The position numbers and the translations under genes are program-made. From NCBI RefSeq assembly GCF_009834535.1, contig NC_045698.1, forward strand, positions 12,278,001 to 12,342,000: a stretch of DNA of 64,000 nucleotides, in the 5' to 3' direction. Positions 14,289-26,327 of this stretch are shown here, piece by piece. The notes beneath the pieces were generated by a model. The model worked only from the letters and a program-made list of their open reading frames with translations, was not told the origin of the DNA and made no database searches. Source of the DNA: Camelus ferus. Lineage: Eukaryota. The stretch's first letter is position 1, and each line of letters opens with the position of its first letter.

Positions 14289-14957
14289 TAAAATTTGTTT
14301 CCTTCTAAAATGGAGATGCTGGTCTCCTTTTACAATTGTCCAATGTAATCAGTGAGCCAGATTCTGGATTCATGTATTTATTTTCAGTGATACGGCTTTT
14401 CACTTGTTTTACACTAGACAATGGGGAGCCTGGAGCAGTGATTCCCACAAACAGAAGGTGCTTCTTCCACTGCTCAACAAGGTGGATGAGGAAGCACAGG
14501 TTGGGGGGTTTGGTCCGTTCTGTCCTTACAGGGATGAGGACACCACTGCATTCTCCCCGGCAGGCCAGTATTTCCAACACTAGGAAAGTTTAAGAACTTT
14601 AAAGGAGAGTGGTAATGAAATCAATTGGCAAATAACAATGTATTTGAACTTTTTCTCCAATTGCTGGCACCCTGTTACTTCTGATTCTTCCAGATCCCCA
14701 GGAAGGACCAGCCAAGTGTAGTGCTCTCTGTCCTGAACTGGCTGGAACACTTCTATTCTGATTTGGCGGAACTTTTTTACTGCATCACTCACACACTCAA
14801 GGGGTGCATTATATACTCCTTTTTGAGATTCCATTTTTATCACTTAGAAAAAATGTTTACGGCATGAGGGGCAGGGAGAGAATGCACACATGACCTTCGG
14901 AAGGCCACCCAAGGAAGGAGAACCCTGTGTCCCGCAGCGGAGGGCTCTGGTGCTCAC

Positions 14958-15056
14958 CTGACCATAGTCTGTCCGGAAGACGACGACGCCCTCGGCACAG
15001 GAATCTACAGTACTCGGAAAATGCTGGCCATTCTCTCTGAGCCAGACCCGTGCTCC
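14958..15056 (-). CDS. MYO10: Myosin X coding exon 2 (99 nt, GARVWLRENGQHFPSTVDSCAEGVVVFRTDYGQ)
   Basis: Acceptor tcctgtttgttttgtttgcag|GGA and donor CAG|gtgagc; 33 codons, phase 0 at both ends; peptide matches recalled MYO10 residues 8-40. Confidence 0.96.
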
Positions 15057-15932
15057 CTGCAAACAAAACAAACAGGATTTAACTATGAGTCTGCATTGCA
15101 TTCTGTGGCAAAACACCACCCTTAAAATTACTATGACTACTACCTTCCTGAAAAAACCACTTTTTGAAAAGCAGATGTCTTTCTCAAACAAGGAAGGAAT
15201 GACTCTTCAAAGAAAGTGTCGTCCACAGCCTTAGATACGTACAAGTGTGACCGAGAAAGGGTCCCACCGGGCAGAGGAAACAGCACTAAAATGCAACTGA
15301 TTTATAAGGAGTCTCTCATTTCACTCAGGCACCCACTTTGAGGCAAGAACCAGTATCATCCCATTTTATGGATGGAGAACTGGAGGCCTAGAGGTAAAGA
15401 AATTTGCTCCACACCACGTATCCAGAAACCACAAGTTTAACCAGGTCACTGCACTGTTTCATCCCAAGTTGAGAACTCTTTGGGACCCTCAGGCTCCCCT
15501 CTTTCCAGGTCCAAGCCCCATGCACCTGCCCACTTGGAGGGCATCAGGGCGCTCCACTGACTTCCTGGTTGTACCAAAGCCATGTGTCAACTGGACTCTC
15601 CAAGAAAGGGACTGAAGTTTTAGTAAATATTAGAATCCAATCCAGCAGACACCTAATGCACCCCAAAGTTTAGGATGAGAGCCCAAGAGACAGCAACTTC
15701 CAGATCCCACTGTTTTAACCTGGGGCACGATTTTTTTTAGCATTGACTTCATTTCCATTTTTTATTTTCCCACCAAATGAAATGATAATCTTAATATTTA
15801 GCTTTTCAATGCTGAATTTCCTCTTCCTTTGATTTCACAGCATGAAAACCGTTTGTTTTCAAGGATGAATGATTACAAAGTTTCAAGAAATTACTGGGTG
15901 TTCACTGGTCATTCAAATTATAAAGTTCCCTT

Positions 15933-16695
15933 TATGGGAACTCTTGTACACTGTTGGTGGGAATGTAAAACGGGTGTAGCCACTGTGCAAACAGTATAGA
16001 AGTTCCTTAAAAAACTAAAAGTAGAACTACCATATGACCCAGCAATTCCACTCCTGGGTATACATCCAGAAAAAAATGAAAAGACTAGCTTGAAAAGATA
16101 CATGCACCCCAATGTTCACAGGAGCACTATTTACAATAGCCAACACATGGAAGCAACCCAAGTGCCCATCAACAGACAACTGAATCAAGAAGATGTTTCA
16201 TATATATATATATATATATGTGGGTACACAATGAAACATTACTCAGCCATAAAAAAGAAATACTGCCATTTGCATAACATAGATGGACCTAAATAAGTAT
16301 TATGCTTAGTGAAATAAGTCAGACAAAAGAAAGACAAATACTGTGTGGTATCACTTATATGTGGAATCTAGAAAATAATACAAATGAATGTATATGCAAA
16401 ACACAATGAGACTCACAGATACAGAAGACAAATCAGTGGTTACCAAAGGGTAGAGGACGGGAGGAGGGACAAATTAAGGGTATGGGATTAACAAATACAA
16501 ACTACTATATACAAAATAGATAAGCAACAAGAATATACTGTCTAGCACAGGGAATTATATCCATTATCTTATAATAACCTCTAATGGACTATAGTCTGCA
16601 AAAATACTGAATTACTATGCTGTACACCTGAAACTAACCCAATACTGTAAATCAACTATGCTGTAATTTTAAAAATACTCAATATGAAAAAAAGA
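15933..16695 (+). mobile_element. L1 fragment (ORF2 3' end plus 3'UTR), cetartiodactyl-type
   Basis: Diagnostic L1 motifs tacactgttggtgggaatgtaaa, ccatatgacccagcaattccactcctgggtata and tactcagccataaaaaag; A-rich end. Confidence 0.9.
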
Positions 16696-16973
16696 ATTAC
16701 TTTTATGACTGATGATGTATACCCAATGTAATGCAATAGCTTTAGTATCTCATGTTATTTCTACTCTGCTCAACAATTTCATCAACTCCAACAAAGATGG
16801 AACAGTGGAAATACGATACCAGAATTATCATCTGACATAGCAGTTACACTGAACTTCTTTTCCTAGAACTTTCGATCTCATTTCATTGGTCTGCTTAATT
16901 TCTGTTACAATTTGAAATGTTAAATGACATATTCAAAATACATTGGCTAAACATTCAACTTCTAGTTCAAGGG

Positions 16974-17006
<33 letters not shown>
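16974..17006. repeat. (ACT)11 microsatellite
   Basis: Directly visible perfect trinucleotide run. Confidence 0.97.
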
Positions 17007-19088
17007 GTTCTGTTAACACAGATGGCAGATGATAAATATTATAGAAGTAAACTAAGTAAACTCACCATTTTACGCTAGTTTAAATTGTGTTCTTGATACC
17101 ATAAACAGTAGCTTAGTAATGGAGTGTCCACGGGGTGTCACAGTCATGTGCTAAGAGCCTAAATAACAGTAACACTAACCTAACCCTCGGTAAGACAGGA
17201 ATTCCCACCCCAAAACTGAGGTTCACAACTTAAGTCCCTGCCTAATGTCACATAGCTGGTGACCAAGCCAGGTCTCAAATCTTTCCAATTCCCAGATCCA
17301 TGCTCTTTCCACACACCACACTATTTGACTCCTACAAATAATTCATTAATAAATAAAATGCATCAATAGGTCAGTCAACAACTAAAATATAACCACACAC
17401 AAAGGTCCCTCTAGGTAGCCAATTAACACACCCAACTCCTTCTAGAAGGGAAAATTTAAGTTAGAAGAATCCAACTTACAATTTACTCCCTCAGTGCCAA
17501 TGATGACCCTGTTTAAAACACACCAGCCCAGGACCTAAAACATCTGTCGTCACCGTTACTCGGGATCCTCACTTATTCAACCTCGAGTGTGATGAAAGCA
17601 TTTGGGGACAGCAAGCTGGACCTCCGGGCTCTGGAAGGAGTGGGACCCAGAGGAGGGGCCACAGGTACAAGCATTTGCAAGAAGTTCCAGGTGGCTGGAG
17701 CCCAAGGTTGAAATGGCATTGGCTGCAATTCCCCTTGTGAGTTCTGCGACTCTCCTGGCAGCCCCTACTAGGACCCTACACAAGGCCCTCCCCGTGGGCG
17801 TCCCCTTTCTCTTTATTGTGGGAATTTTAAGTTGTCAACTCTAAACTTCTTCAATCCTCCAAGATGAAGATGGAAAACAGCATCAAAAATGAACAGGAAG
17901 TGCTTCTCTATAAATTCTGAAGACTGCCTTCTTTAAAGAACACGATAACGCCAACGGGACGAGTTCCCATTCCCGCACAAGTCAGTCACATACCAATGAT
18001 TCCCACTTTGGGCTGAGACACAGGTCCCCAAGTTCCAGAAAGAATGACACAACTGATTGTCAGTCCTGATTTCTTTATGAGCAAACAGCTGCTTTCTCAA
18101 AAGAACGTTTACTGCGACTCCCAGAGGCTACACAGCTTATAGTTTCTTTTACTTGAGTTTTGCTGTGGTTCTTTTCAACCTTCTCACTTGAAAGTATTAC
18201 AAAGCCCTTTGCTGACACAGTCCTACACGATCAAACACACAGTGCAACTTCCGGAGTCCAAAGGTCTTTCTCAACAGGTATGAAGAGCTGCTGATAAACA
18301 AGTTCTACAAAACCCAGCCCAGACTTCAAATCTAGAGCCCACTGGCTGGTATTTCTCAACCTACAGTGGAGTCCTCCACAGGTAGAGAGGGAAATACATT
18401 CAAAACATGCCCTTTGTTCTTTGAAAAAGTTTAAACAGGCGATTTCCATAGAATCAAAATTGCAAAGTCAAACTGTTGAAATGGATATTTTTATACAGAT
18501 TGTTCTGAGATTGTTCTGGGTGGTTTCTCTCAGCCCCCAAACTTTCTGTTCCCTTCTATTTGAATAGAACACATATGCCCAGGTCCAGCAAAGAGGCCAC
18601 CCACAGGCACTGGAAAACAAAGTCACAGACATTTACCAGACCATCCAAGTTTGAGTGGGGAAGAAAAATTTGCCTGCCATATGCAAACCATTATATCCTG
18701 TCATTGTTAAATAAGGCTGATAATTTAAGTACAATGCAGGCATATGGAGAAAGCTCCCAGCATATAGAGAAAACTCACTATTGGAGTAAAAATATGCCTC
18801 TAAAATCAGGTGGAAGAAGTTTGATCACGAAATACATGTTTTATTAAATCTTGGGACATTTTCACCTTAATCTGAGACAATATGTGTTAAATTAAACTTC
18901 TAAAAACTTTTCTGCACATCATCACCAGCAACAGTTTTACAAGACAAAGCAGGTGCATACAAATTCCCGTCTCTTTGATCTTCAGAACAATCCTCTAAGA
19001 TAGGGAAGTAAGTAATACCTTCCCTTCTTCAAAAACGAGGTTCATAGGCATTCCATCTTTCCACTGCCAGCAAAAGATTTCCTGACTC

Positions 19089-19622
19089 ACCCTCTCTTCC
19101 TCGGCGCTACCTACGGAGGTGGCAGCCATCTCCTAGTCGGCATCACGGCCACCCTCAGACCCCTCGTGAAGCCCAGGATCGTCAAAAAGAGGACCAAGAA
19201 GTTCATCCGGCACCAGGCAGACCGATTTGTCAAAATTAAGTGGAACTGGCTGAAACCCAGAGGCACTGACAACACGGTGCGCAAGAGGTTCAAGGGCCAG
19301 ATCCTGATGCCCAGCACTGGCTACGGGAGCAACAAGAAAACAAAGCATACGCTGCCCAGCGGCTTCCGCAAGTTCCTGCTACACGACGTCGAGGAGCTCG
19401 AAGTGCTGCTGATGTGCAGCAGATGTTACTGTGCTGAGATTGCTCACAACGTCTCCTCCAAGAACCGCAAAGCCACTGTGGAGAGAGCAGCCCAGCTGGC
19501 CATCAGAGTCACCAATCCCAACACCAGGCTGCGCAGCGAAGAAAACGAATAGGCAGCTCATGCACGTTGTATTTGTGTTAATAAAACCATGAAACTCAAA
19601 AGAAAAGAAAAGAAAAAAAAAA
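19089..19622 (+). pseudogene. RPL32: Processed pseudogene (retrocopy) of 60S ribosomal protein L32, full length, start codon ATG>ACG
   Basis: Intronless. Pyrimidine-rich 5'TOP-like start (cctctcttcc); frame 19145(ACG)-19552(TAG) = 135 codons ending [14 protein letters not shown] at 19580-19585; A-rich tail 19598-19622; TSD aaaagatttcctg(a/g)ctc at 19072-19088 and 19619-19635. Confidence 0.96.
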
Positions 19623-19639
19623 GATTTCCTGGCTCTAAT

Positions 19640-20690
19640 TTAAAAAAAAAGACTGACTATATCAAGTGTTGATGACAATGTGGAGAAGCTGGTGGTGATA
19701 TAACACAGTACATCCACTTACGAAAACAGTTTGGCAGTTTCTTAAAAAGTGAAACATAACCTTACCATATGCCCCAACAATTCAACTCCTAGGATATATA
19801 CCTACTCAAATTAAAAAAAAAATTTTTTTTAAAAAGCCTTGTATGCAAATATTCAGAGCAGCATTATTCCTAATAGCCAAATACTAGAAATCATTTCCTA
19901 AAAGTTGAGTTAATGCTTTATTCAGGGACCTTACTGAGAACTAAAGCCCAGGAGACTCAGATTGCTTTGAGTAACAAGTTCCAAAGAGGTAAGGGAGGAA
20001 TCAGGATATACGGGAGTTTTTGCTGGGATGGGGGAGGGGGGAATGAGTCGAATGTCAAAAGATTACTGCTAATCACAAAAACCAGACACCTCAAGTTAAT
20101 GATTTTAGTTATGCTCAAGTTACGATTTTCCACTTATGGGAAGATGCAAGAGTCTAGACTCACTGAAATTATTCCTTAGATATACATTAATTATCTAGTG
20201 TTTTTCTCCATCCTCAGTTCCCCTTGGGGTAAACCACTGGTGGCAGCTACAGGAGCTGATCGCAGGCAACATCTTTTTGTCTGCACACTCAAATGTCCAT
20301 CAACAGGTACAGGATTTCTACACAATGGAAGTCTTAGTAACAAAAACCAAATCACAGAATCACCAACAAGGATGAATCTCAAAAATGCTAAGTGAAAGAA
20401 GCTACACACAAAAAAGCACATATTATAGGGTTCCATATACATGAAATTTCTGGAAGAGGCAAATCCATAGACACGGAAACTAGATGCATAGATGCCCAGA
20501 GCTAGGTGTAGGGGCGGAGAGACACACTGACTGAATGGGGAGAAAGGAACTTTGGGGCACAATGGAACTATTCTAAAACTGGATTGTGCTGATGGCTGCA
20601 CAACTGTATAAATGCACTAAAACTCATTCAACTGTGAATCTACAATGGGTATGTAATTACACCTTGGTAATTCCAAATCATTAAAAAAAG
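19640..20690 (+). mobile_element. Old L1M fragment split by an LTR insertion (L1 parts ~19640-19892 and ~20286-20690)
   Basis: caagtgttgatgacaatgtggagaa...gcagcattattcctaatagccaaa, resuming after ~390 bp with caaatgtccatcaacagg...ggatgaatctcaaaaatgctaagtgaaagaagc. Confidence 0.75.
19893..20285 (-). mobile_element. Probable ERV1-class solo LTR (MER41-like), reverse orientation
   Basis: Non-L1 segment interrupting a colinear L1. gctttatt near the left end is AATAAAGC on the minus strand. caaaagattactgctaatcacaaaaaccagaca and tatgggaagatgcaagagtct resemble recalled cetartiodactyl ERV1 LTRs. Confidence 0.6.
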
Positions 20691-20797
20691 TTCATCTCCC
20701 AGCCTACATACTTCTCACTGATACATGAACGCAATGCTTAACCATTCCATTATGGGAAAAACCCAATCATGTTTCTATAACTGACCTATGGTGGTAT

Positions 20798-20823
20798 CAC
20801 ACACACACACACACACACACACA
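20798..20823. repeat. (CA)13 microsatellite
   Basis: Directly visible. Confidence 0.97.
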
Positions 20824-21727
20824 ACACAGCCATAATGACCACATGTAAGAGCTGTGTTAAAACTCTGAAGATCAGTGTTGGGTTCATTAAGTCCCCGCTC
20901 TCCATTAACGCAGACTAGCAGGGTTCAGAAGCTACAAGGAGACTTGTCCAAGTTCATCTCCAGATGAGGCTGTGGTCAAGGGTATCCTTGTCTCAATTAC
21001 TGGCCCCCCTCCTGGGAAGATTATCATAAATCCCCAGCCAACTGTCTATGACTTGCATTACCTCCCAGGCGAGGAATTGTACCTGGTGCCTTCCTGTTAC
21101 CATGGCAACATAACATAGCTACGCAAAGCCTAAAATATTCACCTCCTGGGCCTTTGCACAGGAAGTCTGCTGATCCTAATTTAAGGTAAATAGAAGATAA
21201 AATCACTATCAAAGATTTCAACCTACTGTTGCCCCATTTAAAAAAAATTATTTTTAACTATTACATTTCTCTTCTGATTTTAATAATGATCTTCTTTCCT
21301 GAACTTTGAAACACTGAAGTTTAAAAATAAGGTAGGAAAACAACTCCAAAAAAGAGATAATGACGATGGACTTGAAATACTATGCTGTGTGGCATGTTCT
21401 AATTACAGATTCACAGAAACGAGAACATTCTTTAGCCAAACACACAGCTCAGTCAGACCCAGAACAAGGCACCACACCTATTTTTCTCCCATAACTGCTT
21501 CCCTGGCCCACGTTAAGTACCACGGTTCAGAAGTCTCTAACAACTTACATGATAAAGTCACAATTTGTTCTGGAAATGTGATCTCCTTTTTTTTTTTTCC
21601 AGACAAATATGTCAAATAGTTTTGTAAGATAAGATAAATTAATACAGCTATTTAAATCTGCAGTAAATTCAGCAACCAAAAAGGTTCTCTTTTGCCTACA
21701 ATGACTTAGTAAAGAAGTAACCTGGCT

Positions 21728-22414
21728 TAATTATGGACAATAGTATGGAAATTCCTTAAAAAAACTGAAAGGAGACTTAGCCTATGATCCAGCAATCCCA
21801 CTCCTGGGCATATATCCAGAGGAAACTCTAATTCGAAAAGATACATGTACTCCAATATTCACAGCAAAACTATTTACAGCAGCCAAGACATGGAAGCAAA
21901 CTAAACGTCCATCAACAGATGACTGGATAAAGAAGATGTGAGATACACACACACACACTTGCACACAATGAAATACTACTCAGCCGTAAAAAAGAATGAA
22001 AATAATGCCATTTGCAGTAACATAGATGAACCTGGAGATCGTCATAATAAATGAAGTAGCCAGAAACAGAAAGAAAAATACCATAGGGATCACTTATATG
22101 TAGACTCTTATAAAAAAAAAAAAAGACACATAGAAAACAAACTTATGGTTATTGGAGGGAAAGGAGGTGGGGAGGAATAAATTGTGAGTTTGAGATACTA
22201 ACTGCTGTATATAAAATAGATAAACAACAAAGTCCTACTGGATAGCACAGGGAACTATATTTAATACCTTGTAATGGCCTATCATAAAAAAGAATATGAA
22301 AAAGAATATATATATATGTATGTACAAGTGAGTCACTATGCAATACACCAAAAATTAACACAACATGGTAAATAGACTACACTTCAGTTATGCTTCAATT
22401 AAAAAAAGAAGAAG
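21728..22414 (+). mobile_element. 5'-truncated L1 with a perfect 16-bp TSD
   Basis: tatgatccagcaatcccactcctgggcatatatccag and other L1 motifs; TSD aagaagtaacctggct at 21712-21727 and 22415-22430. Confidence 0.92.
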
Positions 22415-22544
22415 AAGAAGTAACCTGGCTCAGAAGATGTCTCATGTAACAGGCGGGGACTTGGAGGGACCTTGTTCTTGATGACACTCAATTCCAGAAA
22501 CAGGGTGTGGGTAATATATTATAGTACAAGGATTTAAAGAGCAT

Positions 22545-22925
22545 TTAAAAAGTTGAGGTACAATTGAAATGTGACATATTAGTTCTAGGTGTACAACACG
22601 ATGATTTGATATTTGTATATACAGAGAAAGTCTGTAACATCCATCTAGTTAATTAACATCCATCACTACACAGTTAATTTTTTTTCTTATGAGAACTTTT
22701 AAGATCTACTCTCTTAGCAACTTGCAAATATACAATACAGTTAACGTTACTGTAGTCACCGTGCTGTCCATACATCCCCAGGACTTATTTTATACCTGGA
22801 ATTTTGCACCTTTTGACTCCCTTCACCCACCCCCTACTTCTAGAAACCGATAACCTGTTCTCTGTATTTATGAATTGGTGGGGGTGGGAGGACTGGGGAG
22901 AGGTTTCACATGTAAGTGAGATCTC
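22545..22925 (-). mobile_element. Older L1 3'UTR fragment (L1MA/MB-like), reverse orientation
   Basis: ggtgtacaacacgatgatttgatatttgtata...tttaagatctactctcttagcaacttgcaaatatacaatacag matches a recalled reverse L1M 3'UTR. Confidence 0.75.
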
Positions 22926-25424
22926 CTCTGTTTTACAGTCATTTTTGTGGTTGTTGGGAGTAGGAAATACCTTCTCATCAACTTATGTTATTTTTTTCTA
23001 ATCCTTATTTCTCAAATCCACCTCAAAGGACACACGGCATTTATCACATACAAAGCTCGAACGCAGGTGCCTCAACCTCGTCACGACTGACACCATGGAT
23101 GAGGTCATTATTTGTTGTGGGTGAGGGGACTGCCCTGGTTGGGAACCACTGGTCTAGAGTAACATTAAGTTCTAGAGCCACAAGCAAATTAAACGAGTTT
23201 TCAAAACCATTAATTGAAAGCAGACTCCACCGTCTAAATTCTAGGAATTTCCACAACCTCCGGAAGTAGGATCAGCCCAGATGCAGTCTACCTGGGGCAG
23301 GTCTCATTTCCGGTGACCTCGGCTGGGTGCTGACCGGAGGGAGGGAGGCGCCTCCACGGTCTGATTCAAAACATCTGACGAAGGGAGGGAACAAGGGCCC
23401 CGAAGCCGAGGGCTTGATGACGGTGCTGGAAGGCTCGCTCTTCTCCCTTCCCTCTGTCCACTGCGCTGTTTGGGGTTTGTTTGGTTTTTTTTTAAATGCA
23501 CTTTTCATGTTTAGAACTGACTTAATGTTTTTACGCAGATGGTTGGAACTGCACAGACAAAACCTGCCAAAAACCTGCGCTCTTTTCACCTCGGGGCGAC
23601 TTCAACCCCACGTGCTTGCAAAGCTCGATGCACAAGTTGTCAGAATGTCTGGAAACAGCGCAGATGAGAAGGAAGGGGAGCATAATCACACGTACAAAAT
23701 GAGTATGAAAAATGCAGCGGGGACAAAGGAGCACGGCTGGCTGGGGACAGACCCAGGAGACTTCAAAATGAAAGAGCAAAGTGGAACCCAAGATATCTCC
23801 CCTGCAGAGACGGCCACCTCTTCATCCCCTAGGAGGGGACCTGGAAATAAGCAAGCAGCAGGGCAGCCACCGTCCCCAGCATCCCCACAGCAGTGGGTGG
23901 CCTGTGCACCCCTGACCACACAGTAGGCAGAGAGCTCGGGGCCACGGGGGCTGAGTGATCCCCTGATTCACTTCCTCCATGGGACTGGGGGTTCTCAGAC
24001 CTGAGGCTAGTACTCCTTTCTGCACAGCTGTGTTAGGTTCCAAAGAGCCCAGGGCTGCTCAGCACCGAACGGAACCTGCAGGTTTCAGGCTCAGTTCTCA
24101 AAGGGGGCAGAACTCAGCTAGTGCCCGGCCAGCACTGACCGCTGGGGAGGGAAAAGGAGGAACAGGAGGCTCAAGAGAGAAAATGTGAGCACACAGCCTG
24201 GAATGTCGGAAATACGTGATGTGAAGATCCCAAGTTCGTACCATTTGCCTGTGGCTGTGGAACGGAGGTGGTGTTTGTTCTCTGTAACAGGCAACACCAG
24301 GAACAACTGTTCTACACCCATTGGAGCTGATGCCACCATCACATTCTAGAGGAAAAGGTGTTGCTGACATTCTTTTTCAGAACTTGGACAACCCCTCCCC
24401 GCAACCGCTCCCAAGGCTGTCAGAAGTGCTGCGTAACTCCCCAGACAGGCCTACAGACGTCTTTAAAGGCAGTGCTTTTTAAGATAAGAAATACATTCCA
24501 GCCATTTGTAGCTACAGTGCATTTGTAGCTGTGTCACCACCATCATCAACATCATTTCTTGGGCTTGCCTACGAGCCTAAGGAGCCTATACAGCACTGTC
24601 CCTACAGGAAGATGTGTAATGTCCCAAGCATCTAACCCTAAACACATCTGAAAAACAGCATGGGTGTTTACTGAGCTTGCCCACATTCATTACGATAAAG
24701 TCCACAATTGGTCCTATGTCTTTGGGCAACAACCAGTGAGAAGGATCACGTGGCATCCATATTCTTTCCCGTTGTCCGCCCATAAGGTCACACTCTGTCA
24801 CCACGATGAGGTGTAGCTTCAAAACAAACATGACATGAAAACACAAAACAACATGAAACGTACATGAAAAGCAGGAGATGGAAAGGGAGAAAAAAGAAAA
24901 CAGTAAAAGCTTTTGCCAAACTAACCTTTGCTCAAGGTTCCCCATGGAAAGATACAAAAAAGGAGTCATCGACATCCCCGACTCCCAATCAAAATCAGAG
25001 CCAAAACAAACTATGCTAAATGGCCACAACACCTAATTTGTGAACATATAATTCTTTAAAGAGTTTATTTCCATGGTTATGGGGTTTCAACTTGCTGACT
25101 GACTCAGCCCTGGTTTTAGATTCTGATTTTTCCTGCCTTCCTCAGAACTCTTCAAAACAGCTTTTCAGTTACCCTTTTAAACTACAGTGACTAGAACTAT
25201 CCCAGAAAACACGTTAACACTGAGAGAAATGAGACATCTCCAAGTTGCTGAGACAATCTCAGACACTGTAGGAATGTGAAAATCCAAGGAACAAAAATCA
25301 AATTATTCCACTATTAGTTAACCAATCACAAAGCCAACATATATATGTTTAAAAGAGATCAGAAAATAGACCCAAAGTATTAGCCAATGCGCCTAAAATT
25401 CATTCAATCATCTGTAAGTCACCT

Positions 25425-25485
25425 CTCCCATAAATCCATCCATCCACTCATCCATAAATCCATCCACTCATCCATACATCCATCT
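25425..25485. repeat. Degenerate (TCCA)n tetranucleotide repeat
   Basis: ccataaatccatccatccactcat occurs twice, followed by ccatacatccatc. Confidence 0.8.
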
Positions 25486-26327
25486 GGCTGCCCTTCCACA
25501 AGCCCATCCTTCCCACCTTCCCACAAGTATCTTTTGAGCCACTACTATGTACCAGGCGCTGTGAAAGATTCACCCGTATATAAAACCATTCCTGCTCTGA
25601 AACATTTACAATATGTTAGAGGTAAAATGATGCCTGTTCTAATACCTTCATCCTACAGTCTTTCTTCCAAAGGAAGTAATTATGCAACAGGAAGAGCAGT
25701 AGAATAGGGCAAGAAAGAGAAGTAGCTAATTGGGGAAAGGACGTGCAGACCCTTATAAAATGAATAAAACTGTTCTGCTTTTAAGGTCTCAAAAACTAGT
25801 GGGAAATCCTCTCTAAGGGACACAAAATAGCTGGCTTTAGAACTGCATTCCAGTCTCCCTTTTAGTAGAAACAGTAGGAGATATAGAACAGAAGGGATAA
25901 CAAAAGACCATTACAAGATGTTTTCACTCTTCGTGGAATGTAATACCAGATGTCCCTTACCTTTTATTTCCTAGAGTTTGTCCTTTCCTATTCTTGACAA
26001 GAATACTTTTCTTAAACACACACACACACAAACCATAAACAAACAAAAACTAGTAAGATAATCTTCATGCAGCCCTGACTGTGTTCTGGCTACCATCTGT
26101 TTTTAGAAAAAATACACAAACTTACTCAGAACAGGAGTTTGTCATTACTTCATAAAAACGAATGACCCAAGGACACAGTAGGAACTAAATAAAACGGCTA
26201 TTTCTCATCTCAGCTGCACACAGATTAATTCCTCTGCAGAATTTTACTGAATTTCAAAAACATTTCATGTTTTTCATGAAGTCATACTGCCTGAATTAAG
26301 AGATGCTTAAGAGACAATCCAGTCCAA

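Noticed and set aside
14844..15191. 115-aa ORF containing the MYO10 peptide
   Set aside because: Only 14958-15056 is bounded by splice sites; the flanks are intronic.
19166..19552. Functional RPL32 gene
   Set aside because: Intronless, with TSDs, a polyA tail, a lost ATG and many changes in a highly conserved protein.
23327..23926. 199-aa plus-strand ORF
   Set aside because: Non-ATG start, no recognisable homology and no splice or polyA context.
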